From: a virus
Lineage: Duplodnaviria; Caudoviricetes
IMG/VR virus record: IMGVR_UViG_3300036985_009087
Coordinates: 1-49,631 of that record
Length of the DNA stretch: 49,631 nucleotides
Strand: one strand, 5' to 3'
Shown here one piece after another: positions 17,401 to 26,199 of this stretch. The first letter of the stretch is position 1. Each line of letters opens with the position of its first letter. The position numbers and the translations under genes are program-made. The notes below the pieces were generated by a model. It did not search any database and was not told the origin of the DNA. It was given only the letters and a program-made list of their open reading frames with translations.

Positions 17401-20400
17401 ATCTCCTTCAGTCGAGATATAATACAGATTGTAGAGAGTCTTCGGCGTCAATCTAGACTCTGATTTTTCTCCACTCTCAAGCCCATATTCTTCGCTAGGC
17501 ATGAAAGATGCCGGAGGATTTTTATGCCCGTCTGCTTTCGACCATTGCAAATATTCTTTGTAGAGTTCTGGTTCAAAACTTGTGGCTTGTATGATGGAGT
17601 TTAAATCCTGCATAGTCGCCAATTCTAAAGCTTTTTGGAAACTCTCAGCGGATATGCCTTGAAGCATATTCCAAGCACTCTCGTGAATTTTCAGGACTTC
17701 TTCGCCATACGCGTTTGAGAATGTGTGGATACTTGTTTCTTTAGCCGAATCTTTGAGGGCTGTTTTTATAAGCTTAAAAAGCTGCAATTTCCAAGGGTCT
17801 CCTCCGACTTGTAATTTCTCAAATTGCGAAACTTTTGGTGGCCATGCGACGCCTTCTTTCCAATATTCTAAGATATTTTTCTTGCTGCCGTACGCGTCGT
17901 ACGCGTCGTTAAACGAGAACAAATCGTCCGTGGCAAAACTGCTTTCGCCGTCCTCGGTTTCCGTCTGGTCGGTTTCCAGCTGGTAGAGTTCTTTTTCGCC
18001 GGTCGGTTCTTGTAAACTCTTATTGATCTTGGTTTCGACAAGAGGAACCCAAACGCCGCTAGAATTTTTGTATTCCAGAAATTCTGGCGGAATAGTCTCC
18101 AAGGCGCCCATGTCATCGGTCGAAAGATAAATTTCACCATTGAAAGGATCAAACTGAAGTCCCATTGGAGTAGTCTTGCTGTATGTTCCGTAGGCTTCTA
18201 CCAGTTTGTTTTTATTGACGCGAAGTAGAAAACTTGTTTCTGAGTAGCGGTCGTCGTAAACTTGGGTATTTTTTGGAGTATTTCCGAAATAAACTCCCGG
18301 GCCGGAATAACCATCTTCAGATGGTAATAGTCCTTTTTCGGTAATTGAAGCTATGACGTCCGGATCATTTGCAGTTAAATGGTAAATATAGGGGTCGGTC
18401 GTGCCGAAAATAGGTTCATTCGCCGGAGTCGGTGGCTTCTTATTTGAGACAGGCTTAATGCCGGAAGTTAAAGCTTCATTGGTAACGGCCTCTATAAATT
18501 TATAGAATTTTGGTAGTTTGCCGAAATGTATTTGACTAGTGTCGAAACCTGATTTTTTAAGTACTTTATCAACATCAGTTTCAATTTCGCCGGTATCCGG
18601 ATTGACAATGGCTTTTAAAACCGGGATAAGGTCGTCCATCGAATAAGCTCCGCCAAAATACCCTTTATTTTGCTGGTCCCAATATTCCGACATGAGCGTC
18701 TGCCTGCTTTTTTCAAGCCACGTATCGATAGCCGAAGGAATCCCGAAAGTTTTCCATCCCAAATAATTATCAGCATCCGATGGCGCGGGTTCAATATAGG
18801 CGTCGGTAATTTGCTTGGCTAAGTCTACGCCGACAATACCCGGTAATTCTTTTGCTGTAATTCCGTTTGGCCAAGACCAGTTTGTCTGTAGTACATTTAA
18901 ACCGTCTTGATTAAATGCATGGATAAAATAATTTCCCGCTTGGTTTACCGTAACGTTTATATTATCCCAGTTTTCTTTGTTAGCTTCTTTGCCATTTGCT
19001 TTTATGACGGCGTTAATTTTAGACTCAGGTGATGTTACCGCTGGAGTTGGGTAATGCGCTGTTGAGAATGCTTGAAGGACCCAAGTATGCGCGATCGTTG
19101 TTGGAGGCGGCGGGATAATTCCGGTTTTTTTCCAAACTTGTTGTAAGTTTTGCGCAACTTCACCGGTATCCGGATTAATTATTGCGTCCAGTATGACTTG
19201 TTTTTCGAAATCGGAAAAGTATCCGGCGTTTTCCGACATCATTGCGGCTTTCCAGTCTTCCGCGGATTCAAATTGGTCGGGCAATACTCCTTCTAGTACG
19301 GGTTTAGGAATATTTAATTGGGCTAAAGCTGATTGTTCATACGGCGGAAGCGTTGCGTTCTCGTCGGCGTGTTCTGCAACAGAATCTTTTATGGTTCTGT
19401 CGATAGCTGCGACTATTTCTTTAGTCATGCCGTAGTTTAGAAGCGATTCATCCGACATTCCACCAGTTAAAACACTATGCGGAATACCTTCAGCTATTCC
19501 GTTTTCGTATACTTCTATGGCTTTTAAAATCATCTTTTCTCCGACATAAGCCGCATCCTCATCGGCGTACCCGCTTACTAAGTTGCTTACATCGTAATAA
19601 CTCAAGCCAAAGTCTTTAAAATTATCGGCAACGTATTTATCAAGTGCCGAAGGATCTATTTCTTTTGGCACTGTTGGAGCGGTCTTTTCTTCCGACGCGT
19701 TCATGAATGCATCTGTGTATGCATCTGATATCCATTTAGTGGTAGCCGGGTGATGTTTTGCGTAATCTTCAAAAGTGTAGTCTGGTGGTTGGCCCAAAAT
19801 TTTCATTAAGGCTTGCACCTTTTCTTTATTGCTAAAAGCGGACATTTTTCCGGCACTCTCAGCTATAAGATCTAAAATTTGTGATGTTTGGTCGTCGCTT
19901 AGAAAAAATTTAGGGTGACCGTTTGCTACTTCTGTCCATTTCTTTTTCCAAGCACTTGCTTCGGGCTTTGCCTGGGATTTAAGTTTTATGGCTTCTCCAA
20001 TTGCCGCTTTAATAAAATCCACCTGTTGACTATACGTAGCATTTACGCCAGATTTATTTTGGATAAATGACAAATCCGTAGTCAACTCGCCTGTTTTTTC
20101 GTCAACGATAGCTTCAAGAAGTTTTTGAGCCTGGTCTTGGCTGTAAACAGGTCCGGTATTAGACTTATAGATGTTTTGCGTTTGCAGCGCATCGAGCATC
20201 TGCGATTTCCATTTCTTTTTCCAAGCACTTGCTTCGGGCTTTGCCGGAGATTTGAGTTTTACGCCAGCCTCTAAAGCTCTAAAATTTTCTTTTAGCTTGT
20301 CTTTAAGTTCTTTGGCTGTAGTTCCGGAAATTTCGAATAACGTTTCATCCGGATTATAATAGAATTCGACAGGTTCTTTCGGCCCTTTTTTACTAATGGC

Positions 20401-23400
20401 AATGGTTTTTACGGGTAAAGTTGTATGATGTTCAGCAACGTTTGTGGCAATGTATGTTGCCATTCCAGTTGGAGTAGAAACCTGAAATTCAGTTTGTTGA
20501 CCAGTAGTCTTTCCGATCAGTGTCTCTCCTAGAAAATTTAAGTGGGATTCAGTAAAAGGTTGTTTTTTCTTGATTCCTAAAGAGGCTTTAATAAAATCGG
20601 AGTAAAGCAGAGCAATATCGTTGTGGTCTTCAACGGAAGTTGGGACAAGACCTTCGGCTAATGGATCAATTTCGTCAATCGCCGCGCCGCTTTCGTCTAC
20701 AGCAACTAAAATTGTGCTGCTATAAGGGTCTCCTTGTGGGTCGTATCCGCTACTATTTTCTAGTTTAAAAGAATACTCGCCAACCCGAAACGTATTTTTC
20801 TTGCCGGTAACTAAATCTTGTGCGCCTTGCAAAATTTCACCATCTGATATTTTTACCCCGGCGTCGGTTTGTTGCGGTTCATCGGAGTTGTTTATCAACT
20901 GGGCATTTTCTACGGCCGACTGTTCTGCTAGTTTTTGATTTTTGACATTCTCAAAAATCTGTTTTATTTCTTTAGACGCCAACACGCCTACGGGTCTTGC
21001 ACCCATTTTTTCGGAGATCAGTAACTGCGCTAGTTCGATAAAAGCTTTTGGCGGAAGTGCGTTTACTGTTTTTTGAACGCCATTCTGGTTAATAAGTTGA
21101 GTAATAGGATGGACGTATGTTTTTAAATTGCGCGATAAATACCTGCTTAACTCTACCGAAAAATCTTTACCAGATTCTTTTTTAGCTGAAACGCCAATTC
21201 TTGAATAAATCGAGTTTCCGGGTTTCATTTTTTCGATAAACTCCGTAAGTTCTTTAACCGTTTCAGGTGTAACTTCATCGGCAGCCGCTTTCTGAAGAAA
21301 TTCTTTTGTCGGCGCGTTGACGTTTCCAAAATTCTTAAGAACTATAAGGCCCAATTTTTTCAAATCTGAAGAAACTAGTGGAAGTAATTCGCGAGGATTT
21401 TTCAAGTGGTATTTGAAATCCAGCATTTCCATAACCCACTGGTACCCGCCATCCTTTGCGTACTTTTCAATTTTGTTGAAAACGGTATTGGTATTATGCT
21501 GCAAGTCGTAAACTTTGTCGATGGCGAAGGCTATTTTTTCCGGCGTATTGGCATAGTGCAGCAAAACAAAAGCTTCGGCGATTTGAGCCCATTTTTCTCC
21601 GCCATAGCTGGAATTCCAAATTCCTTCGCGGAATACTTTTGCCATTTCTAAAGCCAGATCTTTCCTGCGCGCTTTAGAAAAATCTTTTCCTGCGTAATTC
21701 TCTAGTGCCCGAGTAGCGGCTTGCCAAGATTTTTTACGGATATTTTCCGAAGTTTCGAATTCTTTTGGTACACCGGGTATGCGACCTACATACGGACTTG
21801 GAGCGTCATACGCAGAAAAGTATTTGATATATTGATTCATGATCGGGCCATAGATGGCCGGATCTTGAGCTCTCTTAATTGCGTGCCGTATTTCAGCGGA
21901 GAGCGAAAAGAATACTTGGTCGAGTAAATGCTCTTTTAAGAAAGTTTGTAGACGGTCTTGCGTGACTTTTACGATAGGACGGTAATCTTCAGATTGGAGG
22001 AAACTAATGGCTTCTGGGTTTTCTCCAGAATATTTTGCTAGACTCGCTTCACTAAGACCCGCCAGATTTCCTTGAAACGGAACATCGGAAAAACCAGAAA
22101 GATAATTGATAAGATAGAAATCTGCCATTAACGTCCTAGGATCGCTAGGAACCGTATAATTCAAATTCGGCATGAAGTTGATCTTCATCTTGCCGTAGTC
22201 AACTGGCAATTTTGGAGATGCCGATTCTTGAAAATGGTTTATGCGGTCAACCCTTGCTGACATAATCAACCGGTCTGGTGAATCTTGTCCTTTTTTAGCT
22301 TTGATCTTGGTCCGCATCGGGTTTAAAGCCTCTGTGCCTTTGTCAAATAAGTTAAAGAAGTCGTTGACACGATTTTTCTTCAACTCGGCTACGGCATCGT
22401 CTGCGTCTAATCTTTCTCCAACGTACTGATTTGACGAGTTTTTGCCATCGCCTGTCAAACCCGCGTTGTGGTTGTTCAAGACTTTAAGTAGATCTTGCCA
22501 AAAGCTAAAAGTATCGCCATTCCAGAGTGTCAAATTTTCAGGAAATTTTGAAGACCAAACATTCAACTTATCAAACATCCGGCTAACCGAAATTGAAGTG
22601 AACAAGAAGTTTTGCTTTTGGCTGATACGCCAGCTTAAAGGCACAATGTCTCGAACGCGCGGGGCTAGTGAACGCGCTTTTCCTCCGCGGTAGACAGCCT
22701 GATAATCAATAATTGCCCGAGTTCCGTCTTTGCGTTGCAACATGGCATTGCCTTCGGCAATAATTCGTTTCAGTCTAGCCGGAACAAGATTGTTAGGCAA
22801 GTTCAGAACGGCTTGTAACTGCGCAGGACTTAAAACACCAGTTAGAACACCGTTGTTATCCACATCGCGCATTTTAGGCATGCCATCCTCAGGAGCACTA
22901 ATAATAGCATCATAAATAATCTTGCCGCGTTTAGTTGCTCGAGCATTAGCTTCGCGTGGAGAAATTACAACAGGCGTCCCATCCGGATTCCGCCGAATCC
23001 TAAAGTCAGTTTCAACTTTGGATCCATTAGGCAAAGCACTCAAATTTACTGGTTGACCAAGAACAATCTCATTACCGGCTTCATCCACGATCTTCCCGTC
23101 TTTCATGTAGTACTGGGCGATATATGGATCAAGTCCTACTCCGTCAGGGAGGACAACTTCGGATATTTTATTACCCGCATCGTCGTAAGCCGCCAGAACC
23201 TGATCTTTAACGAATCGATCGTCGGAAATATATTGTTCCTGAAGGGCCGGACTTGACATGACTACGGCCCATGGAATATCTCCGTCATCCCGTACTTTTT
23301 CGGTACCATCAGGATTTAGTCCGTCAGTTTCGAAGGTGTACGACCCAATTTCATCGCGTAACAAACGCGTGACGCGGCGCATCAGTGCCGAAGATTCTGG

Positions 23401-26199
23401 GTCGATCTTTGCTCCTAAAGCTGTCGAAAATTGGCCTTGGCTATCGAATATAATTCCGCGACTGCGCAAAGCCTCTTTTAATTGCTTCAAAGATCCGTTC
23501 CGAGTTTTTGCTTCAATCCAGTCTACAATAGCTTGACCGGGTGAATCAGCCGCTGCGCGCAGACCGCCTTTAACATTTCCGGATGTCGCGTAGTTTTCTA
23601 CGACCATTTCCTCACGAACATACTCTAAGAATTTATCGACGCTGTCGAATTGATCTATAAACGATTGTCCTCCCATGCGAGCAGCATAGTTTTGACCATA
23701 CCGCATAACCTCGGCTTCGCTATAGATACCGGGAATTTCGGCAATAACTTGGCCGTTGTCGTCTTTAATTTTCCGCCCGAACATTTGCTGTTCGAGTTGC
23801 TCTAAACCTAAAGCGTCGCGGACTTCTTTAAACTGTTTTAATACGTGGAAACTTTCATGCCGCAGGGTGTGGCCAGGATTGAAACCTTCTCTTCCAAGAT
23901 GGGAAAGAAGGTTTCCATTCAAAGCCACAATAGGAGAGTCCAGGTTTGCCGGAATCAAATGCGCAGGCTGATTAATGTAATGATTTTTGTGAAGTGCAAA
24001 GCCGCGCGTACTTTTTGCCGCTTCCACCATATCGCTAGCGAGCTTAATGGTCTGGTCGGCTTTTTGCAGTAATTCGGCTTCATTCGGTTCTAATGTTAGT
24101 TTGCCGGCAATTTGACTACGGAAGAATTCTGCATCAGCTAAAGTTTTTCCCCAAATTTTACGAATTTCCTCTTCGGCATTTGCGTCGTCTAGAATTTTAA
24201 AGCTTGGGCTGCCTAAACCGGCTTGGTTTCCTATAGCTTTAAGTTGTTCTAAAGCGTCTGCAAAATCTAACGTGACTTGGCGCTGAACTTCGTCGGTAAA
24301 CTGCTTGTTGTTCTTATTCTTATCCAGCAAATTCCGGTGGTTGATTAGCGTATTCATCTCGTCTTGCCAGAATTTCCACTCTTGACCATTTTTAGTCGAA
24401 TCGCGATAAGTCTGGAATTGCTTTATTTGCCCGTCGAGTGTCGCAATCCGAGCATTAACATCAGAAAACACGTTTATCTTAGACTTTACGTTTTCATCCG
24501 CTAAATCCATGAATCTTGCAATATCGGCGTCCTCGTCTGCGCGACGCGATCCCGGATCCGGATCAATAAACTGATCTATTTTTGTACTGAAGTTAGTCGT
24601 CGGATCAAGAAGAGCACTTACTCGGCCGACCGGATCTGAACCCATGACAAGGCCGATGCCTACGCCAGTTCCAAGTGACTGGCCGAGTTGCGTAGGGTTC
24701 TCAATTTCAGGCAACCCTAACATAACGTTTAACGCCGCGCCACTAGTTCCAGCTCGAGTCATTGCGCCAGTATAACGGCCAATCCAATCGGCGGATCGCG
24801 CGCGCATAAGACCGCCTTTTGTCGTGCCAAAAAACCGGCGATTAAACTCGCTAGAACGGGCATCTCCACCTATTTTTTCAGCTAGTCCTTTCCGACCGCG
24901 CATTCCTTGTTTGTCAATTTGGCGGCCCGCATCTCTAAGTAAACGTCCAGTTCCGGTTAAAATTTTTCCAGAAAGGTACGTCGGAACTTGTGGGACTAAG
25001 CTAATATTTTTCAGTAAAGTGTCAGGATCGCCGGTCAAAACTTGACTAAGTTTACGTCCGGCTATGTTTGAAAACTCCGAAGCTTTTTCCAAACCCATGC
25101 CGACGGCTTCAACAGGATGCAAACCTTTAATCGTCCCGGTCAAAGCTTTGGCTGTTAAATCTGTACCTTTACGGAACGGTTTTGCGATAACTTTCGAGAC
25201 CGGTCGAACTAGTCTATTCGGTAATCCGATTGGGTTAAAGATTTCCCCGGCCAGAGCCATTTCTTTATCCGGCACAATGGACTTTTCAAGGATGCTCTTT
25301 CGGTAATCTTCTTGCGCAACGTCTAGTTGCTCTGGGGTTAATTCGACACCTTGTAATGCCGAAGTCGTGGCTATAATCGGCTTAACAAGTGGGTTTTCTG
25401 CTAATAAGGCCGCAGCGCGATCAGGATTTTCTTTAGTTTTTGCCGCGGCTTCGCGCGTCATGTAGGTCCGGTTTGCAAAATCTTTAAAGGATTCTTTTTC
25501 GGTCTTTGTACCTAAAGCTTCTTGGACTCGGTCGGTAAAAGAACTTCCAAAGTTGTAAAATTTGGTAGCGGATCCGGCAGTTTCCTCTAGATCATTAGCC
25601 AGACCAGAAGCTACAGAACGAAGCGCAAGTTCTGCGTCTGCCGCTTCTTTGGCTTGTTGCGCATTTCTATCCCAAGGATGAAAAAATTTACTACCGGCAA
25701 GTGGACGGCCTGCGCCCGGACCAAATTGCGTAGCATAAAGACGTTCTCCGCCTAACGCCGTAGAAACTTTATTAACTACTTCGGATGCCGCGTCAACAGG
25801 CAAACCAACAATGTCCGATAATGCTCCGGCAGGATTTGCTACGACTTGATCAACCGCGGCTTCTTTTGTAAATTTACCAAGTCCTATCCCGGTATCTACG
25901 ACCATTTTGGCGACCCTAGGAAGAAAATTTGTGGCGACTTCGACAGCTTGGTCTGCTAAAGGTTGTTCCCGCTGCTTCTCAAATACAACTTTCAGTTGTT
26001 CTTGATCGAGTTCTGGATCGCCTTCGTTATAGCGTTTGTATAACGAATCTGGATCTTTGTCTTTTTTACGGCGTATGATTTCTGAAGTCGGTACTTTAGA
26101 CTTCAGCTTTTCGCGTATTTGTTCGGATGCACTAACTGACGAAGGAGGCTGTTGGCCTCCTTCTCTCAGACGTTTTCGGATTTCTTCAGAAGCGAGCAT
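14389..26199 (-). CDS. Giant (3936 aa) polyvalent internal virion/ejection protein with HExxH metallopeptidase motif, three ADP-ribosyltransferase-like domains and a GNAT domain
   Basis: HESFH (23845-23859); YHLT..GL.P..GPGVYF..GE..IPPEFL (~18040-18400); FRG..SWST..ESE (~16130-16480); VEEKYRGRGYGQALY (~15470-15520); VYRG..TSAS..ESE (~14750-15250); last gene of the morphogenesis arm. Confidence 0.85.
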   Translation of the reverse strand: MLASEEIRKRLREGGQQPPSSVSASEQIREKLKSKVPTSEIIRRKKDKDPDSLYKRYNEGDPELDQEQLKVVFEKQREQPLADQAVEVATNFLPRVAKMVVDTGIGLGKFTKEAAVDQVVANPAGALSDIVGLPVDAASEVVNKVSTALGGERLYATQFGPGAGRPLAGSKFFHPWDRNAQQAKEAADAELALRSVASGLANDLEETAGSATKFYNFGSSFTDRVQEALGTKTEKESFKDFANRTYMTREAAAKTKENPDRAAALLAENPLVKPIIATTSALQGVELTPEQLDVAQEDYRKSILEKSIVPDKEMALAGEIFNPIGLPNRLVRPVSKVIAKPFRKGTDLTAKALTGTIKGLHPVEAVGMGLEKASEFSNIAGRKLSQVLTGDPDTLLKNISLVPQVPTYLSGKILTGTGRLLRDAGRQIDKQGMRGRKGLAEKIGGDARSSEFNRRFFGTTKGGLMRARSADWIGRYTGAMTRAGTSGAALNVMLGLPEIENPTQLGQSLGTGVGIGLVMGSDPVGRVSALLDPTTNFSTKIDQFIDPDPGSRRADEDADIARFMDLADENVKSKINVFSDVNARIATLDGQIKQFQTYRDSTKNGQEWKFWQDEMNTLINHRNLLDKNKNNKQFTDEVQRQVTLDFADALEQLKAIGNQAGLGSPSFKILDDANAEEEIRKIWGKTLADAEFFRSQIAGKLTLEPNEAELLQKADQTIKLASDMVEAAKSTRGFALHKNHYINQPAHLIPANLDSPIVALNGNLLSHLGREGFNPGHTLRHESFHVLKQFKEVRDALGLEQLEQQMFGRKIKDDNGQVIAEIPGIYSEAEVMRYGQNYAARMGGQSFIDQFDSVDKFLEYVREEMVVENYATSGNVKGGLRAAADSPGQAIVDWIEAKTRNGSLKQLKEALRSRGIIFDSQGQFSTALGAKIDPESSALMRRVTRLLRDEIGSYTFETDGLNPDGTEKVRDDGDIPWAVVMSSPALQEQYISDDRFVKDQVLAAYDDAGNKISEVVLPDGVGLDPYIAQYYMKDGKIVDEAGNEIVLGQPVNLSALPNGSKVETDFRIRRNPDGTPVVISPREANARATKRGKIIYDAIISAPEDGMPKMRDVDNNGVLTGVLSPAQLQAVLNLPNNLVPARLKRIIAEGNAMLQRKDGTRAIIDYQAVYRGGKARSLAPRVRDIVPLSWRISQKQNFLFTSISVSRMFDKLNVWSSKFPENLTLWNGDTFSFWQDLLKVLNNHNAGLTGDGKNSSNQYVGERLDADDAVAELKKNRVNDFFNLFDKGTEALNPMRTKIKAKKGQDSPDRLIMSARVDRINHFQESASPKLPVDYGKMKINFMPNLNYTVPSDPRTLMADFYLINYLSGFSDVPFQGNLAGLSEASLAKYSGENPEAISFLQSEDYRPIVKVTQDRLQTFLKEHLLDQVFFSLSAEIRHAIKRAQDPAIYGPIMNQYIKYFSAYDAPSPYVGRIPGVPKEFETSENIRKKSWQAATRALENYAGKDFSKARRKDLALEMAKVFREGIWNSSYGGEKWAQIAEAFVLLHYANTPEKIAFAIDKVYDLQHNTNTVFNKIEKYAKDGGYQWVMEMLDFKYHLKNPRELLPLVSSDLKKLGLIVLKNFGNVNAPTKEFLQKAAADEVTPETVKELTEFIEKMKPGNSIYSRIGVSAKKESGKDFSVELSRYLSRNLKTYVHPITQLINQNGVQKTVNALPPKAFIELAQLLISEKMGARPVGVLASKEIKQIFENVKNQKLAEQSAVENAQLINNSDEPQQTDAGVKISDGEILQGAQDLVTGKKNTFRVGEYSFKLENSSGYDPQGDPYSSTILVAVDESGAAIDEIDPLAEGLVPTSVEDHNDIALLYSDFIKASLGIKKKQPFTESHLNFLGETLIGKTTGQQTEFQVSTPTGMATYIATNVAEHHTTLPVKTIAISKKGPKEPVEFYYNPDETLFEISGTTAKELKDKLKENFRALEAGVKLKSPAKPEASAWKKKWKSQMLDALQTQNIYKSNTGPVYSQDQAQKLLEAIVDEKTGELTTDLSFIQNKSGVNATYSQQVDFIKAAIGEAIKLKSQAKPEASAWKKKWTEVANGHPKFFLSDDQTSQILDLIAESAGKMSAFSNKEKVQALMKILGQPPDYTFEDYAKHHPATTKWISDAYTDAFMNASEEKTAPTVPKEIDPSALDKYVADNFKDFGLSYYDVSNLVSGYADEDAAYVGEKMILKAIEVYENGIAEGIPHSVLTGGMSDESLLNYGMTKEIVAAIDRTIKDSVAEHADENATLPPYEQSALAQLNIPKPVLEGVLPDQFESAEDWKAAMMSENAGYFSDFEKQVILDAIINPDTGEVAQNLQQVWKKTGIIPPPPTTIAHTWVLQAFSTAHYPTPAVTSPESKINAVIKANGKEANKENWDNINVTVNQAGNYFIHAFNQDGLNVLQTNWSWPNGITAKELPGIVGVDLAKQITDAYIEPAPSDADNYLGWKTFGIPSAIDTWLEKSRQTLMSEYWDQQNKGYFGGAYSMDDLIPVLKAIVNPDTGEIETDVDKVLKKSGFDTSQIHFGKLPKFYKFIEAVTNEALTSGIKPVSNKKPPTPANEPIFGTTDPYIYHLTANDPDVIASITEKGLLPSEDGYSGPGVYFGNTPKNTQVYDDRYSETSFLLRVNKNKLVEAYGTYSKTTPMGLQFDPFNGEIYLSTDDMGALETIPPEFLEYKNSSGVWVPLVETKINKSLQEPTGEKELYQLETDQTETEDGESSFATDDLFSFNDAYDAYGSKKNILEYWKEGVAWPPKVSQFEKLQVGGDPWKLQLFKLIKTALKDSAKETSIHTFSNAYGEEVLKIHESAWNMLQGISAESFQKALELATMQDLNSIIQATSFEPELYKEYLQWSKADGHKNPPASFMPSEEYGLESGEKSESRLTPKTLYNLYYISTEGDPGNEYGRSLQNEYIKKYKDLYLNVFSDLVKNQINKYIRRGRVDPFVTKEALKNAKSASQLDELMRGTYRSDMRCRNDVWNFVTEFLKGLEGAQTRDQRLFYMDRLNNAIHNTDELLFSKFSNAPDLMAAFNLIANARDVRAYSRNVDRDLRLSSDFGGPAGSFMPTVLSEVGLTPEHMQSVNAAFRDRNRLKDMVARYVKTGNENDFAAIAADPVFSVFMQEQKPRQGRSLPSSELSSWLRELNRSVKNGDAADIKRARSSVTRLLNDPKSFNTKEIAEIISNYVNENRQSNELWRIEGAAPYTGEPVESFRGIALNGPLIEGLKVGDTLEVDSSAYESWSTDPKVAVRFATKISNTGMDSFASTMQWLRNKSEAEKDNRKGFPGDYGLVLSTVLDSDSVAIDVSELNASSRYVNESELIARPGKKLVTIAAIYRDYGEDSTPERVETSIYADRDFTIELDPDSTENKLMAHARRNWRNPEEYESYYEKSSQVRNAVDSNDTSTLVKLLNEAFVADDVEAEALGSSESGSIKVLVKNTNPLNVHRYFGKGESLSKVAQGIPSFMPTQAALNRTKKNLPKYKVNKPTDEQLEFFEVARVGILLPNGKLIGDADIYLHDSPSTITIGRSWVEEKYRGRGYGQALYREIAKIAKQLKKKYLYSHTVSEDAARVREKLFDEKPLKFGNYSPGKWKKSGDEMRSVVPPNISYMPISQEEVDAVKEYQNGTYSSEVGGYSNIQSVLRYGQPKYKDYWNDELGQKYIEDLLSAFQKSVLPEDQTVYRGVVLPVGKRDEIFQLKKGDILSDRGITSASLDKDKVESKFQTKLNKSDRLVYYTIDLKKGANAIDVGGITGENIESEIAIAPNTEFRVVSNQNKGGTTYIKLESVAGAGSKALPKDLSQVLLDSDFIPEEMGPPINQDGPGLAETALPNTDRGPLSQASYMPGYNPRYSNDDGSFNRDAWLNDRRRAEELLRRRGVYRSSSTEEEWEDMVRDAMREVRRQSSW
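19936..20245. repeat. 37-bp perfect direct repeat within the giant ORF (19936-19972, 20209-20245)
   Basis: CCATTTCTTTTTCCAAGCACTTGCTTCGGGCTTTGCC twice, 273 bp apart; encodes AKPEASAWKKKW. Confidence 0.95.
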
